From assembly GCA_017645275.1 (NCBI GenBank), contig JAGCPH010000037.1, positions 29,783-93,782 on the forward strand: DNA of 64,000 nucleotides, written 5' to 3'. A program made the translations under genes and the position numbers. Source of the DNA: Bacteroidales bacterium. Its GTDB lineage: Bacteria > Bacteroidota > Bacteroidia > Bacteroidales > F082. Positions 62,123 to 64,000 of this stretch are shown one piece after another; the first letter of the stretch is position 1; each line of letters starts with the position of its first letter. The notes under the pieces are model-generated. The model did no database searches, was not told the origin of the DNA, and saw nothing but the letters and a program-made list of their open reading frames with translations.

Positions 62123-63395
62123 GTTACGAAAAATACTGATTTTAGTTGTCATGATTTTCATGACAACAAGCGGTGTTTTTGCCCAAAATGACATCTCTTC
62201 GCCGTACTCACGTTTCGGTCTCGGCTCGATGAACACCAACAAGTCGAACGCGGCTCTGCAGGCCATGGGAGGCATCGCTAACGCCATGAGCGGCAAGCAT
62301 ATGCTCAACAACTCCAACCCTGCCGCCTACGCCGATGTCGACTCCCTCACATTCCTCCTCGACGCCGGATTCTATATGCGCTACTCGACTTTCCGAACCG
62401 CCGACCAGATCGAAAAAGGCTCCGACGCCTCATTCGATTACTTCGACATTGGCTTCGGAATAACAAAATGGTGGAAGACAGGCCTCGGACTCACACCTCT
62501 GAGCAGCCGCGACTATGTGTCAAACGCCACATTCGACTGGATGCATCAATATAAAATTGATTATGAAGGATATGGCGGTCTGAACAAGATCTATTGGGCC
62601 AACGGCTTCAAGATATATAAAGGCCTCTCACTCGGCGTCAGAATGGATTATCTTTGGGGAAACATCATCGACCAAACGACATTGTATTTCCCAAGCGAGC
62701 CTTATTTCCTGAATGAACGCCGCACCGACAAACTCATGGTGAGCGAAGCGACATTCACGCTAGGCCTCATGTACAAACACGATTTCAAAAACGACTACCA
62801 GCTCAGCATAGGTCTCACCTACGGCATCCCAGCCAGATGGAAAGGCCACCGCGACATGTTCATACGTACGATGTACAAAGGTTATGCCCTCAACACCGAA
62901 ACACCCGTCGACACCATCGTCTACACCACCATGCAACGTGTCAACATCGACTATCCGCAGAGCATCGGGACAGGTATCACACTCAAAAAAGGCGACAGCT
63001 GGCTCATCGGCGTCGACTTCAACTGGGGCAACTGGGAAGCCTTCCGCATGAACGGCGTGAGCGACTCACTGCAAAACAGCTGGAACGTCGCCATCGGCGG
63101 ATGCTATACACCGTCAAACAACACCCTGTCAAGCTACTTTAGGAAGATGACTTATCGGGCCGGATTCCACTACGACCAGACGATATTCAACATCTACGGA
63201 CAATCAATCAACAAATACGGAGTCACATTCGGCTTTGGAATGCCTATATTACGCTCAATGACAATGCTCAACTTCGCCTTCGAATTCGGCAGAATGGGCA
63301 CAACAAAAGGCAACCTCATCGAAGACAACTATTTCAACATCTCGTTCGGCGTGTCAATACACGACCGATGGTTCGTAAAACGAAGATATAAATAA
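62109..63395 (+). CDS. outer-membrane beta-barrel protein (FadL/TodX-like fold suspected)
   Basis: Signal peptide, then SSPYSRFGLGSM. Beta-strand periodicity. Terminal aromatic-rich strand. Confidence 0.55.
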   Translation: MIFNKLRKILILVVMIFMTTSGVFAQNDISSPYSRFGLGSMNTNKSNAALQAMGGIANAMSGKHMLNNSNPAAYADVDSLTFLLDAGFYMRYSTFRTADQIEKGSDASFDYFDIGFGITKWWKTGLGLTPLSSRDYVSNATFDWMHQYKIDYEGYGGLNKIYWANGFKIYKGLSLGVRMDYLWGNIIDQTTLYFPSEPYFLNERRTDKLMVSEATFTLGLMYKHDFKNDYQLSIGLTYGIPARWKGHRDMFIRTMYKGYALNTETPVDTIVYTTMQRVNIDYPQSIGTGITLKKGDSWLIGVDFNWGNWEAFRMNGVSDSLQNSWNVAIGGCYTPSNNTLSSYFRKMTYRAGFHYDQTIFNIYGQSINKYGVTFGFGMPILRSMTMLNFAFEFGRMGTTKGNLIEDNYFNISFGVSIHDRWFVKRRYK

Positions 63396-63413
63396 CATAA
63401 AATTATAACAAAA

Positions 63414-64000
63414 TGAAACTCAGAAATTTTTTAATTCTCGGCGCAGTTATCTGCATGTCAACACTGGCATTTGCACAGAATAGCGAATGCGACGCTGACA
63501 TCTCTGTTTACAGAGAAGCATTCAAACAATGGGACGGCAAGGCTTCAACAGCCAATCCGACAATGATTTCATCTTGGAGAAAAGTGTTCCTCACATGCCC
63601 AAGCTACAAGGAAAGAACACTCACCGACGGTGTGAAAATCGTCAATAACGCACTCGTGAGAAGCACCAAAGACGAAGCTTTGAAAGAGAAATACATCGAC
63701 ACCCTCGTCATGGTGTACGAAGCACGTATCCAATATTTCCCAAAGACAAAAACTGGCAACCAAGTCGGTAACATCAAAGGACGTATGGGTATCGACCTCA
63801 TGGCCTACCCATCACGTATGGAACAGGCCTACTATGCCTTGAAAGAAGCTATCGAGATTGACGAAAACAACACCAACTACGCATTCATCGACGCTTATTT
63901 CACCACCATCATCAACATGGTGAAAGCCGGCAAACTCGACGAGTCTGTCATCCTCGACGAATACAGCCACCTCATGGACATCGCTGAATTCAACATCAAC
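63414..64000 (+). CDS. secreted helical-repeat (TPR-like) protein, 5' partial at window end
   Basis: MKLRNFLILGAVICMSTLAFAQ signal peptide. Open frame to the window edge. Confidence 0.5.

Overview
This is a chromosomal segment of a Bacteroidota genome, most likely Bacteroidales. Supporting signs are several T9SS C-terminal sorting domains, many lipoprotein or SPI signal peptides, and TAnnTTTG -7 promoter boxes 15-55 nt upstream of first genes.

Most of the window is housekeeping: serS, rplU-rpmA, purL, holA, rsmA, rsmD, rbfA, dtd, coaX, mrp/apbC, nifU-like, tRNA-Phe, ccsBA, and a TamB-like giant protein.

The most unusual content is a family of secreted modular proteins at 19656-31965. Four paralogs share a ~110-aa N-terminal module plus PEGA repeats. 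Their C-terminal heads differ: FGE/SUMF1-like, FISUMP-like lectin fold, or a beta-rich putative membrane anchor. Five genes are packed as an operon between serS and rpmA. A sixth gene, plus a nonsense-disrupted relative, lies on the other side of rplU-rpmA. That side also carries two orphan small genes resembling phage or conjugative-element polyvalent-protein domains, and a promoter-plus-terminator-bounded candidate sRNA. I regard this array as the best candidate for an undescribed system, but its function cannot be read from the sequence.

The window is also dense in at least five families of short interspersed repeats. Several copies overlap coding sequence, including an in-frame copy inside rsmA.

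Four decayed genes are present: an FGE-like nonsense mutant, an MMPL remnant, a methyltransferase-like remnant, and a doubly frameshifted small gene.

I saw no rRNA, CRISPR array, transposase, integrase, reverse transcriptase or phage structural genes. All family assignments come from motif recognition by eye and need HMM or BLAST confirmation.
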